From IMG/VR virus record IMGVR_UViG_3300045594_000287, positions 32,001-96,000 of that record: a stretch of 64,000 bases of DNA; one strand, 5' to 3'. Shown here piece by piece: positions 27,801 through 37,100 of this stretch. The position numbers and the translations under genes are program-made. A model generated the notes under the pieces. It was not told the origin of the DNA, searched no databases, and was given only the letters and a program-made list of their open reading frames with translations. How positions within the stretch are numbered: position 1 is the stretch's first letter; each line of letters opens with the position of its first letter. Origin of the DNA: a virus. Its lineage: Duplodnaviria; Caudoviricetes.

Positions 27801-30130
27801 CTGATTTTACACGGATTTTTAAATCAGGAGAGCCAACTCAAAACATATTTGAAGCTTGTGCTAAACCGGCCTGGGGTGATGACAACTCCGTAACATCAAA
27901 GTATGCAATGGATGAAGCCCCACATATCACATTCGATGCATTTCAGAAAACGATATGGGATATTGCAAACATCTGCAAGTCCGTTTCGCCAGACTACGTA
28001 TGCTCAGTAGCTCCATTCGATTTTCGTTCCACTCTGTTTATCGGCCATCCGCGTTACTATTATGCATACAGTTACGGAAATGAAGGCGGCGCGGTAACGG
28101 AGCGACGCAAGCCATTCCAGCAATTTCATTTTTATTCCAGTGCGTCTGATATCATTTCAAATGGCATCATTGCATCAAAATCGAAAATGAAAACGGCAGC
28201 ACTTGGTTTGTACCAAGTAGCAGAAGCGTTGAACATCAAACGGCAAGAAAAAGTTGGACCGTTATTTGCTGATATTGATATCTACCCAGAAAATCAAAAA
28301 ACCATGATTGTCGACACGCAGCTTTACGGAAAAGGCATTCCAATTATTGGATATTTTGGCGGCAATCTGCTGGCAGACCTATTTGATTATGCAGCTGATG
28401 ATAAAGGGAGCGTTGTAAGTCATGAAAAAATTGCATGGCGTATGACAGCATCTGCTCTTAAAGACTCTGTAAAAGATATGTACATGGGAGATCTTGTGGT
28501 CCTGGGTGATCCGAGTATTAAACCTCATGATCGTGTATTTATCATGGATGGATATTCAGGCATAACTGGACAATGTACGGTAAAAGAAGTTGTTATGGAC
28601 ATGTCTGTGGATCAAGGCTTTGTCACAACCATATCTCCAGACTGTATCAATACCGTTGATGACAGGTTTGAGAATTCCGTGTTCTCATGGGTAAACTCTA
28701 TGGGGGCTACCGGTTGCGCAGCAATTGGTGGAATCGCCATGGCAGCAACATGTTATCTTGCCGGCACGGTGCCTACAATCAACAAGATCAAAGACATTGC
28801 TAAAAGTACTAAAATTGCCAAAGGAGCCAAAAAAGCTGCTGATATCGCTAAAGATTCTAAAACCATAGCTAATGCTGCTAAGGCCGCAAAAACTGCTGCT
28901 GCTGCTATAAAAGGAGTAAAGGCAGTAGGAGCAGTTGTTGGAGTCGCCGGTGCTGCCGTAGGTGGAATAGCAGCAGCAACCGCTGCGGCACCTGCCATAG
29001 CTATGACACTGGCAGCGTGCGCAACTACGTATGCTATCGGATCTTTTGTTAATACGTTTATTGAACGAACAACAAAGAATTGGCAGGTGCTGCAGATCTG
29101 GCCGCTCAAACGATATGGTTTATGCTGGACTGCCGGCGTCGAAGGGAGCAAAGGCCTTGTCGTTGGATCGCCATCGCATGATAAGCAGGGTGCTTTAACA
29201 AAAGCATTTTCTTATTTAGCCAATTCCAATAGTAAGACCTTTATAGGTGGATTATTAACCGGACTCCTACTCGATGAAGATGTTCAAAAAATTGCAGATA
29301 AATACGACACCTCTCAAAACGTTATCGACGAGTCGGGAGAACCATCGACGCCTGAAGCATCTTACGATAATGTACTTAGATCATCAGCCGGGCAGAGCGG
29401 AGGAAACCTTCCGGGAGATTATCGCAACATGCAAATTGTCCCCCGTGCTGACTACAACTCTGGTGATGATGTGCAGAAGTCGTACGATCACTTTGCGGTG
29501 ATGGATACGGAACAGTATCAGAACGATCCAAAGATCCAATACTATCGCCTGGTAAGTGGAGATACTCGCCTCAAGCCATATATTGATGAGCAGTTCTTTA
29601 AAATTATCCACGAGACACCGGCTCTTAATAAAGGGGAGCAGGTAGATTCTCAAATCATCACAACCAATGGTGTAAATCATTATGTGAAAGTCATACATTA
29701 TACGATGAATAATGGTAAAGAACTTTGCGATATGCCGCTGCTTCACCCTGATGCTCTGAATATTCTCTACGAAATTGTTCGCAGGGCAAAAAACAACATG
29801 CCGGCAGCCAATGCTTCGGACAAATACGAAGCGTACGAAGACACAAAAAGTAGTTTCATTGCACTGGAATCGGCGCTCCGAGTCGGAGATACCGAATCCC
29901 AGGGGGCGGCAGGTTTTACCTTCATTCTTCAAGCGATGGAGAATGCAGTAAAGCCTATGACTTCAGCGATAAAAGAACTACATGATGAAATCGCAGCAGA
30001 CGCAAAAGATGATCCCCTTAAGAACGCTGAGCTTTTTAACTCAAAAGATCTGGGAGAGAATAAAGTAGCCGTAGTGGTAAGAATGCCACGAGTCACATCT
30101 AAAAACATAACAGATGGAGGCAATGTTTAA
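21863..30130 (+). CDS. Large baseplate hub-like virion protein (2755 aa)
   Basis: AGGAGG RBS. Hub-like segments include LRPGARIHIRMGYGSN...VFNGNIAEV...FQAQGDG, MYMGDLVVLGDPSIKPHDRVFI and GFVTTISPD. It has a Thr/Ser-rich linker and precedes the spike and wedge genes. Confidence 0.65.
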   Translation: MANENTTETVNKDVAAAADHVNNMDYRVSDKNFKTPEMGDFYIGAVDSTYLKRLDEIVNGKGEGEGDDKNAAFYTEAPPVKELGETPTSLFVKAHVNISQDDIDNGLCNGNTLNVSLDGIVGDSEGKAVSNIQASMFNNTFNTPMVGTESKNISVRLVGMKCPANPKWAQEKGVKKDSIKMKTVAIGDAAKSSDYVFANGIHDKSETITVAYIGNKWREITIYNQDDNVMDFRWCVDSGDSDGGSKDSGGVTAANNLKKLIDSANGEVYFLLDKNSCPTQFASTSSDILSDSSAIQQLASWNKTNDNSSNGLNQVTQDAAARFIGAAYVKRDGKWINLTKAALTDDSNQTLSADTSYDGKCRDVFKPARYDKDSVNYADAFMKLTDEIDDRKKIQHDIFNSTPEDLRKWTVTIGDVTLFVPPTSITCTSEIENERLPMLRSKGSMAKTGRRSVRHIQMHIYFNEERGINGFKYEAKTPNGSAIKYSINGLRSLVAQFKFVPYVPIDNEYINETLGISAVTVNNLSVKNVNGYPRLLDATLTVTEFDYTVYMPEATLTGIDNGGFVNFFAAAINWPTMRYYYQRALSYGDSFKENGLTYNSSDYNKAIIKNRTSLIPMSFTDPNVKFYVASADYLDKMLQAKLNAKRGKGDNNISFTPDEKNAAKDLGTIYDAIDACKNDGEFQNALAKLNSRDLAWSPKYSENGNYINLTGDTAFSGKEQYSQGMVSGTNLCMVASGYTGDREGVEKDLNGALSLLKAHMDEVNEKAGKTILSDPKFYIKCSGGNDERKFSAGVSYAVNLEYLSTDANYNDIRKDVSNYIDANSEDFFNDRRINVPLSLPLSNPSENYKTTVMPKNGELSIDMDNKDVAFLKYCQTLGKEAPDPNDTKRISFVNLNQLDNLYYEEYTMPETRVSNWSVALTNHISNLNVCEISGSSPQYLGGEDLAITMEVTTTSDEVVKKLSCLPQICAAYGRKYHSILPASVIKVQSEFAQFFGVNEVLVQNVQVDTTPNLPSVKTITIELISNDRSLRNREALNKIEADNAGKIGGNEQADRSIKSYFDIEKTIAQAELYPDLELPTIDEMQSAGWDYVRYKFQDDRKYVDPDFYFLYLNTLSSQIIRESIITSKDSGAGATTTWKDSTGANIKTEMSARKGFNVIARDAKAQKQKDKVIAIQNSTNKLNSKDLTENLRDSNLSNAEAADGTETWDICEDIKAVFLEKGYKQEYDSYQARVHAQQVSGTTGNAGAIDISGTDKTATQTAATSSTTAATNTTDTSSKAADTTSDSSDTEKTDDATKSDSSSGDIQTEGKWVATQLADAQKASKAIEEYLNGTGITETVTDNNVVKEAASKQSASNVLSTSVGKSDTPTTAGTSEASTSDKTTTTSTEKTCQDNSMESKISEAVNKFFQDASVQAILGFLNVEYTNETFLATVRDIVYAAACAATGEKEYSNKDQATGWRPSPDFIGVVTGNGQDDSNTTLAKTVDEAMDRAIEFGCFKIKQYDSSTFLKMTGESPKDVWGGSEDTNATHFLIDPYYRSKSIEEIKQYKKGCINNARFCTMAYLRIMLYWLKKLIDIQAFPAMTADVLRSAAKNEMSIIQKNKEKNVDGDMDKSMEQHLNFFSKRSYAVDAGKFWTACTLASGDGNTTIFDRIKKRDYRGLNGYISGCSKPASFIDPSDNGSLAVRKMTLALVGKKRIKDSDAIGVPQNTPATTYMRDLSEKKYIEAAEDPATYCMHACHDMIVNDARGRMLRAFPTYYMMFIDEGREIGMWKLHDNFYNNMCISSIQVVKSRKLPADTAIVCMSNFYQSFTTENEDYQKVEEETWGNTFKSIMSPFFSDDYGKEQEAKRKSAPPEDKIRLRPGARIHIRMGYGSNAAMLPVVFNGNIAEVTATDTVEFQAQGDGVELMNPIVDDTEGHQIINQDSLVKGWFTNGGTPKDIMNAILTSCGGIIKAAMKDLGRQDLLGRNPYGIYHFGNPDFTRIFKSGEPTQNIFEACAKPAWGDDNSVTSKYAMDEAPHITFDAFQKTIWDIANICKSVSPDYVCSVAPFDFRSTLFIGHPRYYYAYSYGNEGGAVTERRKPFQQFHFYSSASDIISNGIIASKSKMKTAALGLYQVAEALNIKRQEKVGPLFADIDIYPENQKTMIVDTQLYGKGIPIIGYFGGNLLADLFDYAADDKGSVVSHEKIAWRMTASALKDSVKDMYMGDLVVLGDPSIKPHDRVFIMDGYSGITGQCTVKEVVMDMSVDQGFVTTISPDCINTVDDRFENSVFSWVNSMGATGCAAIGGIAMAATCYLAGTVPTINKIKDIAKSTKIAKGAKKAADIAKDSKTIANAAKAAKTAAAAIKGVKAVGAVVGVAGAAVGGIAAATAAAPAIAMTLAACATTYAIGSFVNTFIERTTKNWQVLQIWPLKRYGLCWTAGVEGSKGLVVGSPSHDKQGALTKAFSYLANSNSKTFIGGLLTGLLLDEDVQKIADKYDTSQNVIDESGEPSTPEASYDNVLRSSAGQSGGNLPGDYRNMQIVPRADYNSGDDVQKSYDHFAVMDTEQYQNDPKIQYYRLVSGDTRLKPYIDEQFFKIIHETPALNKGEQVDSQIITTNGVNHYVKVIHYTMNNGKELCDMPLLHPDALNILYEIVRRAKNNMPAANASDKYEAYEDTKSSFIALESALRVGDTESQGAAGFTFILQAMENAVKPMTSAIKELHDEIAADAKDDPLKNAELFNSKDLGENKVAVVVRMPRVTSKNITDGGNV

Positions 30131-30498
30131 TGAGTGGATTAAAAGGAATCCTGCAGAGCCGCGTAAGTAACGCGGCTCAGCATATAAACAACAGTATAAC
30201 CACTGTCGGAGTCGTTACTGATTCAGACGAAATGAATAATACTTGCTCTGTACGATATGTAGACAAAGACGGGCAAAAGCGTAATAGAGATAATGTAGTA
30301 GTTCGACTGTACGGGAGTGGCACAGACTACTTCCCGGCAAAGGACGACACGGTTGTTATCGAAGAGACGGGCGACACTTGTGTAGTGATCGCACGTCATG
30401 TCGGTAACTATGCGATGGATGTTCGTTCGAAAATGAAACTCGTCAAAGACATCTTTTCAGATAGTGGCGGGTCAGAACCGGGCGGATCAATCATATAA
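30130..30498 (+). CDS. Baseplate spike-associated OB-fold protein (gpV/gp5 N-terminal-like)
   Basis: TVGVVTDSDEMNNTCSVRY...FPAKDDTVVI pattern; TAATG coupling to the hub gene. Confidence 0.55.
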   Translation: MSGLKGILQSRVSNAAQHINNSITTVGVVTDSDEMNNTCSVRYVDKDGQKRNRDNVVVRLYGSGTDYFPAKDDTVVIEETGDTCVVIARHVGNYAMDVRSKMKLVKDIFSDSGGSEPGGSII

Positions 30499-30510
30499 GG
30501 GGAGATTATA

Positions 30511-31689
30511 ATGGCAGCAAGCAACAAGTCCATTAATGTAACGATCGAGCAGGACGAACCGAAAACGTTCAATCCTAAACTCTCTGACGCACAGAAACGA
30601 GCTGATAATCTCAGTCGTATGTCGGAGAAGGGGTTGATCAATGAGAAATCCGGATCATCACTTGCTCTGCGGGAGAATGGACAAACCAATTTATCGGCGG
30701 GAAAATACGCCCAATATAAAATGAATCCTAACGGTAAGGTGATGGAGAACTCTTTACAGAGCGTAACTATCACCAACCGAAAGGAATTCAAGATAGATGA
30801 AATTACTGTAAATGAACACAAGCTGAATCCGCGTTTGTACGAACTTGCAGATTTTCGCAAGATCACACTCGACACGAATAAGAACGCTATCGTTGGCAAC
30901 TTCTGTTTAAACGGCAGCGTATTGGTAAAGGCATGGGAACCGAATCTGAAGCGGTATATGCTTATTCGCCGGCCGGCTCGGCTGCCGATGTTTGGACCGC
31001 TGCTCAATGTTCCAGAAATTCCTACGGCATTAAAAGTAAACGATCCACTGAAGGTTGATGAATCGATGCTTGGTATTTCTGCCGATGGGTATCAAGTCAA
31101 TGCAGCTATATCCGATAAGAACACTCTCGTCGGTAAAAAAGGTGTCGACCGTAAGGGCATTGACCGTACACCAGAAAAATCTGGTGGCATTATCGGCGCC
31201 AGCAATGACAATAGTTCCGGACCGGGAGCAAACCACAGTTGTAATCCAGGACCAGCAAAAGGTATCGGTAAGGACAATATTCCATCAGATGCAGAACAAT
31301 GGACAGTCAATATGGCAGTACGTAGTTCTGGAATATGCGGTCTACCAGCCGATTGGCTATGGGCTCAATGGAAACATGAATCTAATTTTGATGCAAGTGA
31401 TGGAAATTATAATTTCGGTGGAATCCGTCCTAGTTCCGGGATGGAATCAAACGCTTATAACTTTGCCGTGTTCCATTCTGCTGAAGAATGGGCGGATTAT
31501 TTTGGTAAATATATTTTATTGTGGAATGACCCTCCAGTAACTCAAGCAAAAACAATGAAGGAATATGTACATTGCTTACAAAATGCCGACGGAGGAAAAA
31601 CAAAATATTGTTCCGACCCTGCCGATGAAGACTTATATTACAACACAATGGCAGAATGCTTAGGCAATCAAGGAACTGTAATTAAATAA
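30511..31689 (+). CDS. Baseplate/spike protein with C-terminal GH73 (FlgJ/glucosaminidase)-like peptidoglycan hydrolase
   Basis: AQWKHES (catalytic Glu), NFGGI, F.SAEEW..Y and YCSDP...YY match the GH73 AQ..LES / NxFGIK / YATDPxY pattern. Confidence 0.65.
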   Translation: MAASNKSINVTIEQDEPKTFNPKLSDAQKRADNLSRMSEKGLINEKSGSSLALRENGQTNLSAGKYAQYKMNPNGKVMENSLQSVTITNRKEFKIDEITVNEHKLNPRLYELADFRKITLDTNKNAIVGNFCLNGSVLVKAWEPNLKRYMLIRRPARLPMFGPLLNVPEIPTALKVNDPLKVDESMLGISADGYQVNAAISDKNTLVGKKGVDRKGIDRTPEKSGGIIGASNDNSSGPGANHSCNPGPAKGIGKDNIPSDAEQWTVNMAVRSSGICGLPADWLWAQWKHESNFDASDGNYNFGGIRPSSGMESNAYNFAVFHSAEEWADYFGKYILLWNDPPVTQAKTMKEYVHCLQNADGGKTKYCSDPADEDLYYNTMAECLGNQGTVIK

Positions 31690-31722
31690 TCGAGTTGAAG
31701 AGCTTGTTAAAGGACTGATATT

Positions 31723-32781
31723 TTGGCAAACAAGTTAATAACCAAACTCGTAGATAAAACTGTTGAGAAAGCGAATTCAGAGGCATCCGAAAAATATACT
31801 TACTGCAAAAATAAATGGATCAAAGAAAAAGGTATCGATACGTCGAAGGGGGCATTCGACGTATCTCAGCAGTACGACAAAGCCTGTAAGGCCGGCGGTG
31901 ACGAGTTTATAAACAATGAATACTATGTTGGTAAAGATGATAAACTCCGCACCGACATTACTGCTGCTATTAAAAGTGGAACGGGCAAGGAGATTACTCT
32001 TACCGATAAACAGAAAGCAGTAAAAGAAGTTCTTAATGCCAGCAGTCCAAATGCAGTACTCAGATATGCAGCAAAAACGTTGGTCAATAACAAAGTTGAC
32101 GACATGATAAACGATAAAATTCAAGCTGAGTGTAAAAAATACGGCATTAAATCAACAAAAACAATAACGAACGCAGAACTCAGAGAAGGAATACGTAATG
32201 TTATCCGAGGTACGAAAGACTCCGTTTTTCGAAACCATGAACTAATGGGGAATCTCGAAGCTGATGCCACCAGCGCCCTGGAAAAGTACATGGAAGGACA
32301 ACTTGGCAAATACACTTCGGCCACTTACGTGGACAAAGCATTGAAACCACTGAAGAACGCAGAGGACAAACTAACCAACCTGGATAAGAAAATCACATCT
32401 TTTTCGAAATTAGATAAGCTTGAGATATCCAAAAATATCGCAAACCAAATCACAGGTAAATTGGACTTCACTTCAAAGCTTTCCGGCAAGTTAAGTAAGT
32501 TCGGAGTTAAAGACTCGCAACTAAGTGCTCTTCAGAACAAACTTGGACTGTCAATAAACAAGTCACTGCAAGGACATCTCAACAAGTCAATAGAAAAAAA
32601 TATATCTAAGCTCACCAATGTCACGAAGACAATTCAAAAATACGAAGAACAGATTAAGCATTACGAAGAGATGGTAACCAAACAGATCGCAGTATGGCAA
32701 AATAAAGCAAAGACTTGGTTGAAAAATCAAGAGAAAAAATGGATTGGCAGTTTGGCCAAGAGTTTCAAAATCAAACTATGA
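31723..32781 (+). CDS. Hypothetical Lys-rich helical protein (352 aa)
   Basis: TTG start after AAGGA; long ORF with amphipathic or coiled-coil composition. Confidence 0.65.
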   Translation: MANKLITKLVDKTVEKANSEASEKYTYCKNKWIKEKGIDTSKGAFDVSQQYDKACKAGGDEFINNEYYVGKDDKLRTDITAAIKSGTGKEITLTDKQKAVKEVLNASSPNAVLRYAAKTLVNNKVDDMINDKIQAECKKYGIKSTKTITNAELREGIRNVIRGTKDSVFRNHELMGNLEADATSALEKYMEGQLGKYTSATYVDKALKPLKNAEDKLTNLDKKITSFSKLDKLEISKNIANQITGKLDFTSKLSGKLSKFGVKDSQLSALQNKLGLSINKSLQGHLNKSIEKNISKLTNVTKTIQKYEEQIKHYEEMVTKQIAVWQNKAKTWLKNQEKKWIGSLAKSFKIKL

Positions 32782-32793
32782 GGTGATTGTATA

Positions 32794-33309
32794 ATGATAG
32801 ACTTCGCATTGACAAACACCGGTGATCTTATAGTTGATCAGCAAGAATCCTTTCCAGTCTTCTGTCTACAATGGAGAGATTCAGCATTTTCAATCTTCAA
32901 CATGAGCTTCCTTCAGAAGCAAGAAAAAGACAAACGCACTCCTGAAGGCATATTCGAATTTAACTTCGATGCATCATCGGCTACTAATCGAGAGAAAAAG
33001 AATACACGAAGCATCCATGGCCTGGAAGAGCTGAAACAACGGCTGATCATTCTATTTCGCACGGAAGAGGGGGCTTGTCCTCTCAATACAAACCTGGGGT
33101 CGAAGCTTGTGATCCAAAAGCATAAAGATATTAACAGTATGCCAGTACTGCAAGAAATCCAGCGTATCGTGAAAGAGAAGATAAACGACCTGGTTGAAGA
33201 TCCTGCGGTAGTCATAAAGGTCGAAAAAAGTGATAGCGCATTCTTTTGTCAGAATGTCAGCATATACATATATCAAAACAATGAACTGATTTTTAAATTC
33301 GAGGTGTAG
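32794..33309 (+). CDS. Baseplate wedge protein, gp25/GpW-like
   Basis: LKQRLIILFRTEEG.CPLNTNLGSKL motif; sits before the baseplate J-like gene. Confidence 0.65.
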   Translation: MIDFALTNTGDLIVDQQESFPVFCLQWRDSAFSIFNMSFLQKQEKDKRTPEGIFEFNFDASSATNREKKNTRSIHGLEELKQRLIILFRTEEGACPLNTNLGSKLVIQKHKDINSMPVLQEIQRIVKEKINDLVEDPAVVIKVEKSDSAFFCQNVSIYIYQNNELIFKFEV

Positions 33310-33312
33310 AGA

Positions 33313-34107
33313 ATGAAGACAATAACAGAAATCCATGACGCTATCAAAAAGCGTTTTGAGACGAAAGTACAAGATACTTTTCAAGAGAACTCTGCGATCG
33401 ATTTATATACAGGCGCCGTGTCTGAAGAGCTACATGATGTCTATCAAGAAATTGAAGACAATAAAACTCCTCATATATGGACCGGGCTCACTGGCGAGAA
33501 TCTTGACAAGACCGGTACAGCAGTAAATCTTCCCCGTGAGACTGGCGAATCTGATGCAACATATCTATATCGTCTAATGAACTGGACGAAAATAAACGAA
33601 GCCAGCAATACGATCGCCATACAGGCTGCTGTGCTTACTCCTCAATATTCTTCGAATATTGACTACGTCCCCTACACGAAAGGGAGCGGCACCGGAACAT
33701 GCTATGTGCTTCCTAAGCACTACACGCAAGAAAATATAGAAGCTGCCTTAAAAGAAGCAGCCGAACGAATCTCCAAAGTGGCTTCTCCCAGCTTATACAT
33801 AGAGTATATAATCCCTAAGATCCGTAGCGTTCGGCTCCAGATCAATATCGAGACCGAGAATGGTGACACTGCTCTGATAAAAGAAAAACTGGAACAGGAC
33901 ATCATGGAATATATTAACACGATTCCACCGAAAAGTTATCTGGAAATTGGTCACATAAACAAGATGGGTATCAATACCGACAATGTGAAGTATTTCAATG
34001 TGCTTTCTGTCATCATAGATAATGAGAGCATTGACACGATCGAAGTATTGCAGGGGATCGATACAAAGTTATTGTTCGACGATATAATATGGACGGGAGA
34101 CGAATGA
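33313..34107 (+). CDS. Baseplate J-like wedge protein
   Basis: GENLDKTG..VNLPRETGESDATYLYRL, PYTKGSGT..CYVLP and EYINTIP...LEI are baseplate J-like motifs. Confidence 0.7.
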   Translation: MKTITEIHDAIKKRFETKVQDTFQENSAIDLYTGAVSEELHDVYQEIEDNKTPHIWTGLTGENLDKTGTAVNLPRETGESDATYLYRLMNWTKINEASNTIAIQAAVLTPQYSSNIDYVPYTKGSGTGTCYVLPKHYTQENIEAALKEAAERISKVASPSLYIEYIIPKIRSVRLQINIETENGDTALIKEKLEQDIMEYINTIPPKSYLEIGHINKMGINTDNVKYFNVLSVIIDNESIDTIEVLQGIDTKLLFDDIIWTGDE

Positions 34108-34108
34108 C

Positions 34109-37100
34109 ATGTTATCAGCTAGAAATACCTTCTTAAACCTCGCGAAGAAATTCCCAAAATGGATGGATGTGCATAAACGCCCATTGAAATCCGTAGGAGG
34201 GAAATACCTACAATCGATTGTAGAGGAGCAGAATGACATACAGTCTGCCCTGAATGACTTTGAAAGTGACTTTTTCTTAGTCAGTTATATCGGTCGTGAA
34301 AATGATATTGTTGCTATAGTTTATGTTATCCCTGTGGGTGACGTTGCCATCGACATGATTGTGCCGGCTGTCAGCGTCACTTTTGATACGAGAGAGTTTC
34401 TCCTGTCGCCAGGTAAATTTGCTTTGATTCAAAACGGCTTCTTAATCCTGCACCCAGATGCTACGCCGAAAGATCTGAAAGTCCGTTACAGCTACAATGG
34501 GAATGAATACGGTGGATTGCTCACGAAACAATATATATGGAATATATTTGATGAGTTTGCCATGTTTTCCGGACTATCCCGCTACGAAGATGAAACCAAC
34601 GCAGACCTATTAAAGCGCTGCCTGCTCGCTTTCAGAAACCAGACCAACAGTACGGAAAAAGGATTGAAGAATGCTATCATAAATTCAGTAGAAAATTACC
34701 TGCCGATCACAAAGGACCAGATTACTTTTGAAGCTCTTGATGAAAACAACCTTACGATCGAAGATGATGATTTCGGAACGCTTTATGAAAAGCTTGCTCA
34801 ATTCAACCAAGATATTTTCCGCACAAAGAAATGGGACATGGACACCTGGGAACATAATTTTAAACAGCTCGAGTGGGTTCCTCATATCTGGGACGCAAAA
34901 ATTGAAACATATCAAGATGGAACAGGGCAGGGCAATGATATCCAGGTCCAGCTTACCTCAAACTCTAAAGATGAACTCACCGATGTAGAAGCCTATGGAT
35001 ATGTAAAATCCAGTGTATCCATTGATGAATATACCAGAAAGAAAAGTATCCGTAAAAAAATAACACTCAACCTTGAACAATATAAGGATGAACTTAAGGC
35101 TACTTCTGTTGGCTATAGAATTACGGCTACAGATCTTCTGAAGATCGATCCTCAGAGTATCTCAATCAAAAGCATGACAAAGACGACTGGCCAGACTGTC
35201 CAGTATCTGTCTGATATTGTCACGGATCATGGCGATGCCACTATTGTGCGCAGAGACCAGGTATTGGAAACTGGCACATATAGGCTCAAGTTTATTCCTA
35301 AAAATAATTTTTCTGATATGTCCATCTCAAAAGCTACGTACAAATCCCCCAATGGCAGCACGAAAGACTTACGTATAGAATCCGGACGTTTCAAAAGGAA
35401 TGGAAATGTAATTCGAGATACTGATGTTCTGCTGCACGCCACGAATACAAACCAGTGTTGTTCCTATTCTAAGATCACAAATTCTCCTGAAGGCTTTATG
35501 TTAGAAGCAGGCGAAACGGAGGGGGAATTCTCAATAGATGTAACCGACATGGGCGGCCATCCTGTTACTTTTGAGGATTCATGCATAGTAAGCGACATCA
35601 CTCAGAGTCAAAGCTATGTTAAGAGTAACGGATTTGATCTTACAAGCGAAAATGTTCTTTCCGCTACGACGCAGGACATGACTCCTACACTCGATATTGA
35701 TATAGACTGCGTCAGTTTATCCTTCGATTTTCTAAAATCGGTCAAAGCCGAAGAGCAAGGCAGCGCAACGGTTATTATAAAAGTCGACGGAAAAGTAGAT
35801 GAAGTAAACTCAGGCCTATGGACAGGAGCTCGTACATATAATAGAAAGTTCAGCAAGCTATCTCGAGTGCAGATCCATATTCAAAAAGCCGGCATGAGCC
35901 CCATAAGCTTTGGTAATTTCAAAGCATCGCGCTATGAAATCGCAATGTCTCTTGAACATGGTGATTTCATACACACACCGTTTGCGACTTTGATTCCTAA
36001 CTTAAAAGATGTTCAGAGAAACATCTTGCACGTAAAGATAAAAACATACAGCATATACTCTCCTATCGTAAAGTACGTGCATATTGGCGCCTCTCTTCAG
36101 GGGGTAAGCTATGATCTCACGGGATTACAACTTGATGCCGGCGGATCCCTGGATATAGATTCTACGTGCAGAGTTGAACTTTATAGAATGGAAGACGGCA
36201 GATCACTGCTATTAAATGGAGACTATATAACGAAGCCTTTATATCGAAATGATACAGATGAGTCCGTACTACTGTCCCTGGATGTAAGTGCATTCGAAAC
36301 GATTGAAAAATCATCGATGCCAATATCCAAAACCGTTTATAAGGGCAACATGACCTCATATGTCACCCTTTACCCAGGAGAAACCGAAGAATCTATCACG
36401 ATCACAGGTAAGACATACACTTCTCAGGAATCTCATACCTTGGCATATTTACTTGGAATAACTACAGATGAAGATGTTTACGTGAGCAAAGGGGCTTCAG
36501 GATTTATTGTCTACAACACAAAAAATCTTGATGAACGAATGGAGACAATACCAAGGAGCAGATTTAACTCAAGTGCAGATACATTTAGTTATGAAGGGCT
36601 GCCTGATACCATGTCTGCATGGTTCTCGATTGAAGATACCGTCATCCAAACGAACAAGTTGCAGACAATATTTGATACAACATACATAACTCCGCTGAAA
36701 GGCACAGAATATATAGCATATAATACAACGAAGCTGCTCAGTTCTTCCATGTCGAACGTACAGATAGTTGACGTGTTCTATCCACTTCTTGATACATCCA
36801 AACTATTACTATACAGAATAGAGCCTGATGCTGCCGGCACATTATCAAGTACGGTTCTGTTCGAAAAAGAGATCGATGGGAAAGAAGTATATGAAGACTG
36901 GTCTTTCGGTCGTAAAAAGAATGGCATTCGTATTCAGGCGGACCTGGACTACAAAAACAGTAGTAACTACGCTGTAGATGAAACTCAAGTCGATGATTAC
37001 TATGTTATCTCTAATAATATAGAACTCAAGGACAAGTACACAATAGATGGTGCAGAATCCGAGTTGGCAAGATATATTATTAAGCCGCCAGCAGGTATGG

